From the IMG/VR virus record IMGVR_UViG_648276650_000006: DNA of 7,032 bases; one strand, 5' to 3'. Within the stretch, counting starts at the first letter, position 1, and every line of letters begins with the position of its first letter. Source of the stretch: a virus. Its lineage: Duplodnaviria > Heunggongvirae > Uroviricota > Caudoviricetes. This document shows, in pieces, positions 5,791-7,032 of the stretch. The translations under genes and the position numbers were made by a program. Below the pieces are notes generated by a model that worked only from the letters and a program-made list of their open reading frames with translations, had not been told where the DNA came from and did no database searches.

Positions 5791-6813
5791 ATGTTAGACT
5801 TAGAATATGCTGTAACTGAGCCTTTTTTAAATTACCATTTATTTCATGAAGGATTAAATACGAAGGTTAAGGTTTTAACCTCATCACTTAATCATGTGAT
5901 TGAATATTTATTGACGCCAGGCAATGAAAATAAAATGAATGAGCTCATTAAGAAAACTGATAAATCTTGGCAATTCCCGCCGAATTTTTCACTTCCAAGC
6001 CCTCCAGTTGATGAATCAAATTTAAAAAATAAAACATCATCAAGAAGACTAGATAAGGAAGAGGATAATAATGAATTAGATTATCAATTAAAGAAAAAGG
6101 AATTAGCGCAAGAGATGTTGTATTGGTATGTAAGTGAAATGGCTATATTTGGCACTTTTTCTGCTTTGGATGATTGTATTGTCGATATTGATTCTTGGTT
6201 TTCAAGTTGGGCAATGTTTAATAACACTCAAGATAAAAAATCGGAATCAACCAGTAGTAACAAAATTGAAAGGTTATATGATTCACACGAATGGAACATG
6301 AAGAACATAAAGACATTCCTTCCGATTTATGAGTATTTTTCAGCAGTTAGAAATTCAATAGCTCATAGGCAATCCAAAGCATCTCATAAGTTATCAGAGA
6401 TATCAAAATCCCAAGAATTAAAAGAGTCAGTAGAGAGAAACTTCCCAAAAGGTAAACCATTAAGTGAATTTGAATATAATGAAGATATATTCATCTCTCC
6501 AAAAACGTCGTTGCTTTGTTCTCACATAATAAGATTAATTTTCGAAGATATCAATAAATACATCATAAAAAAAATGGGTATTGAAGGTATCATCTACATG
6601 TCATGCAAACTTGCATTTGAACCATCATCTTATAATGAAAGCAAAGTTGTTAACTTAGCTAGAAATAGATTGAACGAAATCGTTAGTGGTCGATATCATG
6701 TAATTATAAAAGGTGAGGATGAAGCCGTTAAGGTTGCTGAGTCACTTGGCATTTGGCGTGATTGCGCTAAATTTCATGCGAACAATATGAGGAAATTAGA
6801 TCCAAAATTCTAA
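5791..6813 (+). CDS. Hypothetical 340-aa protein with an R-x4-H (RNSIAH) HEPN-like motif; candidate Abi-like RNase
   Basis: Long uninterrupted AT-rich ORF. AAGG lies about 10 nt upstream of the ATG, a weak SD. No P-loop. The single motif R187-N-S-I-A-H192 (nt 6349..6366) has the RNxxAH form common in HEPN RNases, within a predicted helical stretch (FLPIYEYFSAVRNSIAHRQ). The CDS call is stronger than the functional call, which rests on one short motif. Confidence 0.6.
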   Translation: MLDLEYAVTEPFLNYHLFHEGLNTKVKVLTSSLNHVIEYLLTPGNENKMNELIKKTDKSWQFPPNFSLPSPPVDESNLKNKTSSRRLDKEEDNNELDYQLKKKELAQEMLYWYVSEMAIFGTFSALDDCIVDIDSWFSSWAMFNNTQDKKSESTSSNKIERLYDSHEWNMKNIKTFLPIYEYFSAVRNSIAHRQSKASHKLSEISKSQELKESVERNFPKGKPLSEFEYNEDIFISPKTSLLCSHIIRLIFEDINKYIIKKMGIEGIIYMSCKLAFEPSSYNESKVVNLARNRLNEIVSGRYHVIIKGEDEAVKVAESLGIWRDCAKFHANNMRKLDPKF

Positions 6814-6899
6814 CCTTATCGCGAAATAATTTATGTGCCAGAGTTTCCCTGGCGCTATTGCGATAATGTTTTATTGGCCTATGCCTCGCAGATTAACAC

Positions 6900-6928
6900 A
6901 GGGCGATGTTAAAAGTCGCCCTTTATAG
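6900..6928 (+). terminator. Candidate intrinsic terminator downstream of the HEPN-like gene
   Basis: Plus strand: stem (A)GGGCGA / 9-nt loop / TCGCCC(T), followed by TTTATAG; about 90 nt after the stop at 6813. Short stem and weak U-tract. Confidence 0.35.
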
Positions 6929-7032
6929 TCAGAACAGATTCCTACTTCCGCTCCTCGCTCATAGCAGACCTTCAGATCCGGGAGGGTGTCCGCTTAGTGC
7001 TGTGAGTTCAACTGATGGACGCAACACACTTA

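Noticed and set aside
4571-6813. Interpretation of the cargo as a PARIS (AriA/AriB), AbiL, Gabija or OLD system
   Set aside because: All of these require a P-loop ATPase partner or fusion. No Walker A motif (GxxxxGK[ST]) is present in either cargo ORF, and the second ORF is not ATPase-like.
6835-6855. Third GTGCCAG occurrence after the second cargo gene as a full third repeat copy
   Set aside because: Only the 7-mer matches; flanking sequence does not align with the other two copies. It has its own small GCCAG/CTGGC hairpin. Mentioned within the repeat finding but not called as a feature.
1-7032. IS element, integrase, tRNA, CRISPR array or rRNA
   Set aside because: No transposase- or integrase-like ORF, no terminal inverted repeats of IS type, no tRNA-like conserved arms and no regularly spaced direct repeats were seen by eye on either strand.

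Overview
The window has two compositionally distinct parts. Positions ~60-4340 are a G+C-rich backbone carrying six co-directional minus-strand genes that I recognise, from memory of the protein families and not from any search, as the conserved core of an enterobacterial CP4-57-type integrative element. In minus-strand order they are: a P-loop GTPase (YfjP/YkfA/YeeP family), a DUF932 protein (YfjQ/YafZ family), an HTH+WYL regulator (YfjR-like), a DUF4339/GYF-like membrane protein, and two paralogous secreted 4-Cys proteins. Positions ~4440-6830 are a sharply AT-rich cargo block on the opposite strand with two genes: a standalone Toprim-domain protein (E33, D90-x-D92-x-x-G95) and a 340-aa protein with no P-loop and one RNxxAH (HEPN-like) motif. 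This block sits directly upstream of the GTPase gene, which I recall as the position of the rnlA-rnlB anti-phage toxin-antitoxin pair in E. coli K-12. I therefore propose it as a candidate undescribed defence module; the Toprim call is well supported by sequence, the HEPN call is weak, and the pairing is untested. Other observations: terminator-like hairpins immediately upstream of the GTPase and DUF932 genes, a degenerate ~46-bp direct repeat bracketing the Toprim gene, an apparent ATG->ATA start-codon lesion in the regulator, and a poly-G artefact at the 5' edge. No rRNA, tRNA, CRISPR array, transposase or integrase is visible.
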